Assembly (NCBI GenBank): GCA_044376395.1
Contig: JBILKY010000001.1
Location: 1 to 42,400, forward strand
Direction of reading: 5' to 3'
Source of the DNA: Chthoniobacteraceae bacterium
Lineage (GTDB): Bacteria > Verrucomicrobiota > Verrucomicrobiia > Chthoniobacterales > Chthoniobacteraceae
DNA length: 42,400 bases
This document shows, piece by piece, positions 8,625 through 17,176 of the stretch. The notes below the pieces were generated by a model that did no database searches, was not told where the DNA came from, and worked only from the letters and a program-made list of their open reading frames with translations. The translations under genes were made by a program, and so were the position numbers. Within the stretch, counting starts at the first letter, position 1. Each line of letters begins with the position of its first letter.

Positions 8625-10787
8625 TTAGTTCGATGCCGGCGGGACGGGTGCTCCTTGCAGAAGGACGGCCTTCATGCGCTGCACAGCCTGATCTGCGAGT
8701 TCGCTGCTTGGGTACAACCGCTGGGCTTTGAGATACCAGGCAAGGCTTGTTGCCATTTGCGCGCGTCGCTCGTGCTCTTTTGCTGTTTGCACGCTTCTCA
8801 CAAAATCGGAGGCCTTTGTGGTGTAAAGTGCCCTCGCCTGATTGAGCTGAATGTCGTCCGGGAATTTTTCCGCCACTTTATCGATGGCTTCCCATGCGCC
8901 TGCGGGGTTTCCGAGGCGGTCCATTTCTTTCGATGCCGCGAGGCTTCCCTCGATGGATTTGTAGTCGTTGAGGATTTCTTTCAACTGATTCTGTTTTTCA
9001 ACCGGCGCATTGTGCGTGGCTGCAAGGAAACGACCGGCCTCGTCCGCGATCCGTTTAAAGTTTTTCTGAGCGATGAGTTGATCCAATTCCAAGAGTGCTT
9101 GTGCCATCTGGTCGCTTTGACCGAAAGCCTTACTGGCGAGTTCCGTGAGTTCCGGATTATTCGGCCAGATTTTTGCGGCCTCTTGAATGGAGGTCTCGAA
9201 TTCGGTTTTGTTTCCCGAAAGCGCGGCGTTGCGGGCTTTTGCCAGATGCAGTCTCGATGCGTTCCGCGCGGTTTCAATGAGGGCGTTTGGCTTGGTGGCG
9301 TCGAAGTCTTTGGCAATCGCCTTCAGACCTGCCGGGCCGGAGATGAGTTCGGAGGCGAGCGTGTAGTCTTTCACCTCGATCGCCGCCTGCAGTTGGTTCG
9401 CTTTTTCAACGAAACCCAGAACCTTCCTCTTTCGTTCGAAGGGCAGAGTCCTTACTTCAGGCATGAATTCACCGATGAGCAGGATGTCTCTCAAACGTTC
9501 CGAAGCCGAACGGAGTTCACCCATCTCCAGGAGCCGATGGAACGCCTGTGCGCCAGTTTGGACGTCGCGCATCAGCTCATTGGTGGCAGATTCGATCGTC
9601 GACACGGTTGCCTGGAGTCCGGTGCCCTTCGTGAAAATGGCTTGTGACTCAGCGGGAACCTCCAACTTGGAAGCGCCATCGCTGAAGATCGCTCGGTAAA
9701 AACGGCAGCCGATGACCACATGGTGAAAACGTCTTTGCAAGAAGAGCTGAACTAGCAAACTCTGGTATTCGATTTTGGCCTGTGCCTCCGAAACCGATCC
9801 CTTCAGGCTGTTCGCCTTCATTGCGGCGGAGTTCGAAACCAGTTTTTCAGCGTACCCAGCGATCTTGATGTTATCTCGGCTGGTGGCTTTTGCAGCGAGG
9901 TCGTTTGCCGCTGAAGTCTGGTCGGCCGGCGTCCCAGAGGTCGCTGACGTCGGGACTGGTAGACCTCCTGGGGCCAAGGGAGAGGTGGGGAGACCTCCCG
10001 GCGGCGTGGGCGCGGCGGGCGGCGGGGTAGTGGGAGTGGACGCTGGCGGGGCAGTGGGCGGTGGTTGGTTGCCGTTTTGCTGCGCGTTGGCTGCTCCCGC
10101 CTGAGCGGGTGGTCGGCTCGTTTGGGCGATTTGCCTGAGCTGTGTTCCAGCCCGAGTGTCTGCCACGACTCCAAGGTTATACCGGGCGCGCTGGTTTTCT
10201 TCCTCGAGGATTCTGTTGGCTTCGTCCAAACGTGTTTTGAGCCGCTTGGTTGCCCACACGGAGTAGATGGCGTTTGCGATCGTGTCGCTGAGTCGGCTGT
10301 CACCGCGGTAGGTCGCAGCGCGCGCCAGAAGTTTGTAAGCCTCGCTGATGGTTGATGGTTTAAAGGTGTTCGGATCGAGGAGACCGATGATCTGGTTCAG
10401 AATCTGGCGGTGTTCCTTTTCCTCGTTTCCCATCTCCTCAGGGGTGTTGAGGTATTTCTCAAAACGCGACCTGAATAGGGCATTGTCCGTGGCATTCCAG
10501 CTCTGGCCATTGAAGCGGATCATGGCTCCAGATGGGTCTAGTGCAGGAATTCGGTTATCGAATGCGGCGCCTGGGAGGTTGTTTGTGGGATCGGTTGAAT
10601 TGGACTGCGGAGGTGGGGAGGCGGTCGCATGGGATGAGGGTTGCGCATCAGCAGGCGTCGAAGCGGTCGGTTTCGGCGTGGGGCTTCCCGATGACGCCGG
10701 ATCAGGAGACGGGGTTTGCGCGAGTGCTTCGGAAGCCAAAGCCAGCGCAAAAGCAATCAGCGAAAATTTTGGAACGCAGCCTTTCAT
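8625..10787 (-). CDS. Secreted alpha-helical protein of unknown function with P/S/T-rich inserts; upstream member of the tandem paralog pair
   Basis: 720 aa with signal peptide MKGCVPKFSLIAFALALASEALAQ. It shares conserved blocks with 6826-8607. It also has two low-complexity proline-rich segments (about aa 24-70 and 222-292). The C-terminal third looks TPR-like. Confidence 0.8.
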   Translation of the reverse strand: MKGCVPKFSLIAFALALASEALAQTPSPDPASSGSPTPKPTASTPADAQPSSHATASPPPQSNSTDPTNNLPGAAFDNRIPALDPSGAMIRFNGQSWNATDNALFRSRFEKYLNTPEEMGNEEKEHRQILNQIIGLLDPNTFKPSTISEAYKLLARAATYRGDSRLSDTIANAIYSVWATKRLKTRLDEANRILEEENQRARYNLGVVADTRAGTQLRQIAQTSRPPAQAGAANAQQNGNQPPPTAPPASTPTTPPPAAPTPPGGLPTSPLAPGGLPVPTSATSGTPADQTSAANDLAAKATSRDNIKIAGYAEKLVSNSAAMKANSLKGSVSEAQAKIEYQSLLVQLFLQRRFHHVVIGCRFYRAIFSDGASKLEVPAESQAIFTKGTGLQATVSTIESATNELMRDVQTGAQAFHRLLEMGELRSASERLRDILLIGEFMPEVRTLPFERKRKVLGFVEKANQLQAAIEVKDYTLASELISGPAGLKAIAKDFDATKPNALIETARNASRLHLAKARNAALSGNKTEFETSIQEAAKIWPNNPELTELASKAFGQSDQMAQALLELDQLIAQKNFKRIADEAGRFLAATHNAPVEKQNQLKEILNDYKSIEGSLAASKEMDRLGNPAGAWEAIDKVAEKFPDDIQLNQARALYTTKASDFVRSVQTAKEHERRAQMATSLAWYLKAQRLYPSSELADQAVQRMKAVLLQGAPVPPASN

Positions 10788-10799
10788 GTCAAAAGCAAG

Positions 10800-11192
10800 T
10801 TAGGGTTTGCGCAGTTCATCGACGCGGATCAGGCCGTTTTCGGCAACCTGCACCTTGAATTGCAGTTTTTGGCCGCGCTCAATGTTTGTGCCGTTAAGGC
10901 TCGCGGGCACGAGAACCGGGAGCATGTCACCGCCAGATTCCACTGAAAACAACCGGCCTGCGCCTTGGGAGACCTCCAGAGTTTTGTCCACAGTTGCCTC
11001 CAGTTTGTAGGTGTTTCCTCTGAGGCTGTTGGCGCTCTCCAGATATTCCTTCACCGGGAAAGGGGTGGTGGTCCTGAAGGCGTCCTTCGTGCCGCCCAAA
11101 AAGACATATCCCCCGAGAAGCAACGCAGCGACTCCGCCGATGCCTCCGATGAGGGTTCCGATCGGTAGCGATGAACTTGCGCGTCTTGCCAT
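10800..11192 (-). CDS. Small N-terminally membrane-anchored protein, unknown function
   Basis: 130 aa with a single TM (LPIGTLIGGIGGVAALLLGGYVFLGG) followed by a ~95-aa soluble domain. It sits 53 nt after lepB and 12 nt before the 720-aa gene on the same strand. Confidence 0.65.
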   Translation of the reverse strand: MARRASSSLPIGTLIGGIGGVAALLLGGYVFLGGTKDAFRTTTPFPVKEYLESANSLRGNTYKLEATVDKTLEVSQGAGRLFSVESGGDMLPVLVPASLNGTNIERGQKLQFKVQVAENGLIRVDELRKP

Positions 11193-11245
11193 ATGGGGTG
11201 GGATGGGTTCAGAAGGGGTGTTTTGCGGCCGGATCGAGAAGTTGG

Positions 11246-12394
11246 CTACTTCACGCTACCCCAGTGGCGCGTGAACGGCCAGTAAACGAGCCAACCCCGA
11301 CCTACGACGTTTTGCTGCGGGACGGGGCCCCAGTCCCTCGAATCTGAGGAATGGTATGAATTGTCTCCCAGCGCGAAATAGCATTTGTCTGGGACTTCGA
11401 AGGTCGCGCTGGGGTTGCCCAGGATCGGGAATTTCGTGTGCTCGGAGCCGTTGGAATAGCCCTTGTAGCCAAGCGGCGATGGTGCAGACAAAGTTCCGGA
11501 CATCACCCGCTTGATGGAATCTTCAGGCGCTGGCGTTCCGTTGCGGAATAGGGTGGGCGGATCTATTCGCAACTGGTCGCCCCCCTGCGCAACGAGTCGC
11601 TTGATGTAGAATTGGGAAGGGCCGCCGGGATTGAATACGTTGTCCCGGGTTGGGATTCCTGCGGTGTTGAACACGAAAACATCCGCGTGTGTGGGGCGCT
11701 TGAAGTGGTAGCTGATTTTGTCCACGAGCACATGGTCGCCCGTGTTGCACTCGCCGCAGGCGATGATTGCACCGGGTTCTACTTTACGCCCGGGTGAACA
11801 CCGGAGATCCGCCTTCAGCGCCGCGAGCGGCACGTACGCGCTGTATTCGCCTTGGTCGGTGACAACCACGCTGTAGGTGGCGAGACCTAGTTTGATGCCA
11901 AAAGCGTGGCGCTCTTGAATGTCCACAACACGCTCCGAGCGCTTCGCGATGATTTGAAAGTAGTCGCGTCCGAGCACGAACCACTCCACCGCCCTTTGAG
12001 CAATGTTCGGGGGGGGATTGTTGGTTGGCTTGGTGATGATTCCGTTCAAGGTCGGTTGCATGGAGCCCGTCGGGATGGTGAACGGCTGCACAAAGTAGGT
12101 CCTCACGCCCAGAGCGATGCTGATCGCCACCACAAATACCTCCACGTTTTCCCGCCAGCTTCCGTTTCGAAGGGGAGGCGCAAGGTCGCGGCACGCATCG
12201 TCTAGATTGCGCATTGCGCCTTCGATGGCGGCTTTGTCCTTGGACTGGAGGCTTAACTTCAGGGCTGAAATGCACTGTTGGACTGCATCAATGGTGTTCT
12301 GCGTGACGATATCCCGCCGGTATGCCACCAGCTTTGCCGCCTCCTCAAGGTAGAGATTGGCCTGTTTGACGTGGGAGGGAGTGAACGGGAACAT
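11246..12394 (-). CDS. lepB: Signal peptidase I (S26 family) with a long N-terminal cytoplasmic extension
   Basis: S26 boxes are present: PTGSMQPTL (catalytic Ser), GDHVLVDK, YIKRLVAQGGDQLRI (catalytic Lys), FALGDNSYHSSDSRDWGPVP. About 85 helical residues precede the single TM (VEVFVVAISIALGV). Confidence 0.9.
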   Translation of the reverse strand: MFPFTPSHVKQANLYLEEAAKLVAYRRDIVTQNTIDAVQQCISALKLSLQSKDKAAIEGAMRNLDDACRDLAPPLRNGSWRENVEVFVVAISIALGVRTYFVQPFTIPTGSMQPTLNGIITKPTNNPPPNIAQRAVEWFVLGRDYFQIIAKRSERVVDIQERHAFGIKLGLATYSVVVTDQGEYSAYVPLAALKADLRCSPGRKVEPGAIIACGECNTGDHVLVDKISYHFKRPTHADVFVFNTAGIPTRDNVFNPGGPSQFYIKRLVAQGGDQLRIDPPTLFRNGTPAPEDSIKRVMSGTLSAPSPLGYKGYSNGSEHTKFPILGNPSATFEVPDKCYFALGDNSYHSSDSRDWGPVPQQNVVGRGWLVYWPFTRHWGSVK

Positions 12395-12702
12395 GAACTC
12401 GCAGGTTTATCCACTTAGATCTAGGTTTGCAATCCGGACGAGAATTGAATCTTACGGAGGTCTTCACTTGGATTTCAGAGGTGGGCGTGCTAAATGTCGT
12501 CACGTTGCGCTCGCTGAATGGTGCAGTACCGCCACCCAGCCTCTGACTTGGCTTCTGAATGTTGTTTCGACGACTGTTTGCTTGCCGGAAGGAACATTTG
12601 CGGGTGGTGGCGCCTGAATCAACTGCTCAGCGCGCCGCGCCGCGTAAATTTAAAGGCCGGAAGTCAAAGCCCGGAACCACCCCACCAAACCAGTTGATTC
12701 TT

Positions 12703-13422
12703 ATGTATTCGCTTCGAAGTTTTCTTACAGGTTACTGTTTCATTGCCGTATGGAGTGCGACTTCATTGTTCGCTTCAGAAACCGCATATGACGCGTTGAA
12801 AGTCGCGGCAGGAAAGCTCGGCCGCGATTCTCAAAACCGTGTGCTGGAGGTGGTGGGATCAGGAGGCAAGCCCCAACCTGCAATGTGGCAGATCACGGTT
12901 GAGGATGCACCCGGGAGATCCGGTGCGGCGGGAGTGCAGCAGGTGGATGTTCGTGCCGGTTCGGTGATTGCCCAGCGTCGGTTGGCTGTCTCCGGGACAC
13001 GGCTGAATCTGACCGCAATCCAGATTGATTCGGACGGGGTTTTTTCGGTCGCCAATGCGGAGGCGATTCGCGCAGGGGTATCGTTCGACCGGCTCAATTA
13101 CCGGCTCAACGCTGACAATCAGGCGGGAATTCCGGTTTGGAGAGTCGAGCTTTTTGACGGGCCGAGTCACCGAGTTGGGTCGCTTAAAATTTCGGCCGAC
13201 TCCGCTCAGGTGATCGAACTCAGTCCGGAACTGGCCCTCACTGAGGAACAGAAACGGGAACTGCGCTGGTCAAAACCGGGCGAAAAATACAAGTCCGTCC
13301 CCGATTTTTTCCATCGCATGGGGAAGCGGGCGGAAAACACTGGATACAAGCTCAAGAACTGGGCGAACGGTTACGGATGGACTGACGAAAGAGATCCGCT
13401 TCCGCCCAATCGGAACCCGTAG
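12703..13422 (+). CDS. Secreted hypothetical protein (possibly PepSY-like repeats)
   Basis: ATG 12703 gives MYSLRSFLTGYCFIAVWSATSLFASE, a signal peptide. The track ORF opens upstream at 12559 in a basic, non-signal region. Two segments end in W.I/V..... patterns reminiscent of PepSY, but this is not firm. Confidence 0.6.
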   Translation: MYSLRSFLTGYCFIAVWSATSLFASETAYDALKVAAGKLGRDSQNRVLEVVGSGGKPQPAMWQITVEDAPGRSGAAGVQQVDVRAGSVIAQRRLAVSGTRLNLTAIQIDSDGVFSVANAEAIRAGVSFDRLNYRLNADNQAGIPVWRVELFDGPSHRVGSLKISADSAQVIELSPELALTEEQKRELRWSKPGEKYKSVPDFFHRMGKRAENTGYKLKNWANGYGWTDERDPLPPNRNP

Positions 13423-13546
13423 AGCGGGCTCGGCGCTTGGATCAAATGCTCGACCTCAGCCTGCGAGTGGGCGTGTGAGCTGGTTGATCGTCTTGGTGGT
13501 TTTAAATTCTTGCCCTCTATCGGCGGGCAGATAGAGAGGCAGGGGT

Positions 13547-14812
13547 ATGAACACCGCCCCCCGTACTGCTTTCCTCATCGCAGCGCTCTCGCTGCCAGTT
13601 TCTGCATTGGATTGGCCCCAGTGGCGGGGGCCGCAGCGGGCGGGGGTCGTGACAGACCTTGCTCACCAGATCAATGGACTTGCTGCTTCGCCAAAGCAAC
13701 TGTGGGAAGTTGCCGTTGGTCCCGGGCAATCATCGCCGATTGTTGCCGAAGGCCGCGTGGTTTTCATGGATGGGGTGGATGGTAATGAAGTGGTTCACTG
13801 CTTGGACAGGGCGACCGGCAAGGAGCTTTGGAGGGTCGTGGTCGGTGCGATGGTAGAGTTCCAAAACTCCTATGGCGAAGGGCCGCGCTGCACACCGCTT
13901 ATCGATGAGGGGCGGGTCTACGCGCAGTCTTGCGGCGGCGAGTTTAAGTGCCTTTCCTTGAAAGACGGCGCCTTGGTTTGGGGATTCAGTTTTGGTGAAA
14001 AATACGGCGCCACTTGGTTTGGAAACAAAAGCCCCGATCCCGGTTCGAAGGAAACAGCCGCGAGGCGCCATGGAAACAATGGTTCCGCCGCAATCGACGG
14101 TGATCAAATTTTCGTCCCAGTGGGCAGTCCAACCAAGGGAACGCTGATTGCGTTCGACAAAAAAACTGGAAAAGAGCTCTGGGCTGCGGGATCTGACAAC
14201 ACGGCTTACTCGAGTGTGATGGTCGGCACCCTGGCCGGGGTGCGTCAGGCGGTGCATCTCACCGGTGATGCGTTGATGGGGGTGGATGCGCAAACTGGCA
14301 GGGTTCTATGGCGGGAGCCGTTGAAAACGGGTGCAAAACGACATGTCGCAACGCCGATTATTGACGGCGACACCGTGACGGTGACCTCGACAAGCATCGG
14401 TCTGATCCGGTTCAGCGTGGTCAAAGAGGGAGGAGAGTTTCAACTCAAGCGAGCTTGGGAAAACATGGAGATGAAAGTCGTGATTGGCTCTCCTACGCAA
14501 GTAGGTAAGCAACTGTACAGTCCCGGACCGGGAAGCAAGTGTGACTTGGTTTGCGTGGACACGGCGACCGGTCAGACCAAGTGGAAGGAGTCTGGCTTGG
14601 GTGACTATGCAAGCATCACTGCAGTGAACGACGCGCTGCTGGTGTTGGACTCAACGGGTGAACTCCGGTTGGCGCGTGCATCCTCCGAGAAATACGAGGA
14701 ACTCGGACGCGCGCATTTTATCGGAAAAACCTGGGCGTCCCCCGCGTATTCGGACGGAAAACTTTACCTCAGGGATGCGTCGAAGCTGGTCGCCGTATCG
14801 TTGATGCCCTAA
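13547..14812 (+). CDS. PQQ-like beta-propeller repeat protein (BamB-like fold), secreted
   Basis: A signal peptide is followed by DWPQWRGPQRAGV, the typical N-terminus of PVC PQQ-like propeller proteins. Repeated G/W-containing blades follow (GRVVFMDG, GRVYAQS, DGDQIFVP, DGKLYLRD). Confidence 0.8.
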   Translation: MNTAPRTAFLIAALSLPVSALDWPQWRGPQRAGVVTDLAHQINGLAASPKQLWEVAVGPGQSSPIVAEGRVVFMDGVDGNEVVHCLDRATGKELWRVVVGAMVEFQNSYGEGPRCTPLIDEGRVYAQSCGGEFKCLSLKDGALVWGFSFGEKYGATWFGNKSPDPGSKETAARRHGNNGSAAIDGDQIFVPVGSPTKGTLIAFDKKTGKELWAAGSDNTAYSSVMVGTLAGVRQAVHLTGDALMGVDAQTGRVLWREPLKTGAKRHVATPIIDGDTVTVTSTSIGLIRFSVVKEGGEFQLKRAWENMEMKVVIGSPTQVGKQLYSPGPGSKCDLVCVDTATGQTKWKESGLGDYASITAVNDALLVLDSTGELRLARASSEKYEELGRAHFIGKTWASPAYSDGKLYLRDASKLVAVSLMP

Positions 14813-14821
14813 GGGTACAGG

Positions 14822-16210
14822 ATGGACTGGACCCGGTGGACGCCCCGCGAGAGGGCTAATCTCTGCTTCATTATCAAGGATGGCAGGGTGTTGTTGATTC
14901 GTAAAAAACGCGGCTTGGGCGCGGGGAAAATCAATGCGCCGGGCGGAAAACTGGAGCCCGGTGAAACCGCGATGGAGGCGGCGATCCGCGAAACGCGCGA
15001 GGAGGTTGGAGTCACGCCGTTGCATTTGGAGGAGCGTGGGTTTCTACGGTTTCAATTCACCGACGGTTACTCGCTGAGCTGCGCGGTGTTTGTGGCGCGT
15101 GATTTTGAGGGGGAGTTGATTGAGACCGACGAGGCCACCCCGCAGTGGTGCGGCATTGATGCTGTGCCTTATCACGAGATGTGGGCGGACGATTTTGAAT
15201 GGCTGCCCGAAGTTCTCGCAGGGGGCACTTTCACGGGATCGTTCGTATTCGAGGATGAACTGATGCTGGAGAAGGACGTGCGCTTCCACGGGCCTTTCAT
15301 GCATTCTTCCGCTCCCGCGGCGCGCCGACCTCGGGTCTTGGTGGCCGGGTGCGGGTTTGTGGGGTTGGCGACCGCCCGTCTTCTATGCTCCGCGGGGTGG
15401 GACGTCACGGGTTGCACGCATTCGTTGGAATCAGCGCGAGTGCTCGAAGGGGAGGCTTTCCCAGTACTGGCGTGCGATATTTCCGATCACTCGCAGGTTG
15501 CTCGTGAGTTGGGGGCGATGCACGGGTTGGATGCCGTGATCCATTGCGCAAGCTCGGGCAAGGGCGGTGCGGACGTTTACAGGCAGGTGTACTTGCGGGG
15601 CGCCCAGATTCTTGTCGGCGAATTGGCTCCGCGCCACATGGTTTTCACCAGCAGCACTTCGGTGTATGCGCAGATTGAAGGCGAATGGGTGGATGAATTC
15701 AGCGCCACGGAGCCGCCTCGCGAAACTGGCCGAGTCTTATTGGAGACTGAGGCCTGGGTGCTCGGCCATGGCGGCGCGGTCGCCCGTTTGGCTGGGATTT
15801 ATGGTCCGGCAAGATCCGTTTTACTGCGTAAATTTTTCTCCGGTGAAGCAGTGATCGAAGGGGATGGAAGGCGCTGGTTGAACCAGATTCACAGGGACGA
15901 TGCCGCCTCGGGAATCGCGCGCATTGTCCAGAGCCGTGTTCCCGGTGTTTACAACGTCTCGGATGATCATCCGGTTTCACAAATGGACCTCTATTCGAGA
16001 CTGTCGAAGGACTTTTTCATGCAGCTGCCGCCTGCGGGCCCGGTGGACGTCAATCGCAAACGTGGTTGGACGCACAAACGGGTTAACAACGCGAGGCTGC
16101 GCTCCCTCGGATGGGCGCCAAAGTACGCCTCTTTCTTCGATGCGGTGGCAGGCGATGCCGATCTTGTCCCAAAATCTCGCGTCTCTGGCGAGATCTCGGA
16201 GCAGGAGTGA
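14822..16210 (+). CDS. Fusion protein: N-terminal Nudix hydrolase (MutT-like) plus C-terminal NAD(P)-binding Rossmann/atypical SDR (epimerase-like) domain
   Basis: The Nudix box GGKLEPGETAMEAAIRETREEVGV fits GX5EX7REUXEEXGU. After ~aa 170 comes VLVAGCGFVGLATARLL (GxGxxG). SSTSVYAQ lacks a Lys at Y+4, so the SDR domain is atypical. Confidence 0.8.
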   Translation: MDWTRWTPRERANLCFIIKDGRVLLIRKKRGLGAGKINAPGGKLEPGETAMEAAIRETREEVGVTPLHLEERGFLRFQFTDGYSLSCAVFVARDFEGELIETDEATPQWCGIDAVPYHEMWADDFEWLPEVLAGGTFTGSFVFEDELMLEKDVRFHGPFMHSSAPAARRPRVLVAGCGFVGLATARLLCSAGWDVTGCTHSLESARVLEGEAFPVLACDISDHSQVARELGAMHGLDAVIHCASSGKGGADVYRQVYLRGAQILVGELAPRHMVFTSSTSVYAQIEGEWVDEFSATEPPRETGRVLLETEAWVLGHGGAVARLAGIYGPARSVLLRKFFSGEAVIEGDGRRWLNQIHRDDAASGIARIVQSRVPGVYNVSDDHPVSQMDLYSRLSKDFFMQLPPAGPVDVNRKRGWTHKRVNNARLRSLGWAPKYASFFDAVAGDADLVPKSRVSGEISEQE

Positions 16211-16230
16211 GCTCTTCTCTCGTTTTTTTT
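16198..16230 (+). terminator. Candidate intrinsic terminator after the Nudix-SDR gene
   Basis: A weak stem GGAGC/GCTCT spans the TGA stop and is followed by TCTCTCG and a run of eight T (16223-16230). Confidence 0.4.
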
Positions 16231-16253
16231 AGCACTCTACGGCTCATGCGTTG

Positions 16254-17117
16254 CTACGCGATGATGTCACGGAGAATTTGCTCTGTCCTCAGGAGTGGGA
16301 GTGAAAAGTGGCCGTCGTCTGGCATGATGGTGAATTTCGCTCCCGGCACAGCCGTTGCCGTTTTCTGTGCGAGTTGCAGCGGAATATTTGCGTCTGCATC
16401 GCCGTGCCAGAAGTGGACGGGCACTGTGATTTTTGATAGGTCAAAACCCCAGTCGGCACAGTAAATCAACCCATCGTGGGTCAGGGCCTGAGCATCCCCA
16501 AAAAGCGCTTGGCGGCTGCTGAGCATCATGACTCGATGATGGAGTGGATCAGACAGCGCCTCGCGGTCTGCGGCAGGATACAGTTTTGAGAACCAGTTCA
16601 TCGGCCATTCGTTCAGCGCGCGTCCTGCTGCCCAGCCAGCCGCTCGCAGGCCGAGGGCGAGCGCAAAGGGAATGTTCCGCTGCGACCAAATGGCGAGCCT
16701 GTATGCCCACAACAGTCCTTCCTTGCCAAATTCCGCGAGAGCAGGGGCTCCGCAGACGATCATTGCCCCCAAAACGCGCTCCGGTAACGCCCTCGCTGTG
16801 ACCAGTGCGTACGGCCCGCCTCCGGACACCCCAAGAAGATGGAAGCAATCAAAACCCAGATGCCATGCAAGTTCCTCAATGACGCTGGGCCAGTCGATGA
16901 GGCGGCGGTTCGGTTCAAAATCTGACAGCCCGATTCCAGGGCGGTCTGGCGCAATGACCCGGATGCCAAGCTTCAGGGCAGAGCTTTGAAGGATTTCACC
17001 CTGCAACCGGGAACTCGGCCAGCCGTGGAAGAAAAAGAGCGGAAGTCCCTCGGGGTCGCCGTATTCGGCGTAGGCTAGATTGCGTCCGGAGTGGAGTTTA
17101 AGAATGGCATCAGGCAT
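16254..17117 (-). CDS. Alpha/beta-fold hydrolase
   Basis: HGWPSS oxyanion region, nucleophile elbow GVSGGG (GxSxG), and C-terminal DDGH. The length of 287 aa is typical. Confidence 0.85.
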   Translation of the reverse strand: MPDAILKLHSGRNLAYAEYGDPEGLPLFFFHGWPSSRLQGEILQSSALKLGIRVIAPDRPGIGLSDFEPNRRLIDWPSVIEELAWHLGFDCFHLLGVSGGGPYALVTARALPERVLGAMIVCGAPALAEFGKEGLLWAYRLAIWSQRNIPFALALGLRAAGWAAGRALNEWPMNWFSKLYPAADREALSDPLHHRVMMLSSRQALFGDAQALTHDGLIYCADWGFDLSKITVPVHFWHGDADANIPLQLAQKTATAVPGAKFTIMPDDGHFSLPLLRTEQILRDIIA

Positions 17118-17176
17118 CGGGTGGCGGGGTTTTGTCTCAGCCTGTCAGGCAGTCTAATCGAGTTTTTTTGGAACGC

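Noticed and set aside
8583-9647. A 354-aa plus-strand ORF, together with many other long ORFs antisense to or overlapping the called genes (for example 4111-4722 -, 25251-26048 -, 26822-27592 +, 27510-28163 -, 29971-30546 +, 30670-31293 +, 38079-38567 -).
   Set aside because: They lie entirely inside longer ORFs that carry recognisable motifs. Their products are Arg/Gly/Cys/Pro-rich and have no motifs. This is typical of shadow ORFs in GC-rich DNA.
12514-12525. TCGCTGAATGG in the lepB/12703 divergent intergenic region matches 11 nt of the family-2 motif.
   Set aside because: The other family-2 blocks are absent at the proper spacing. A single 11-mer is not enough.
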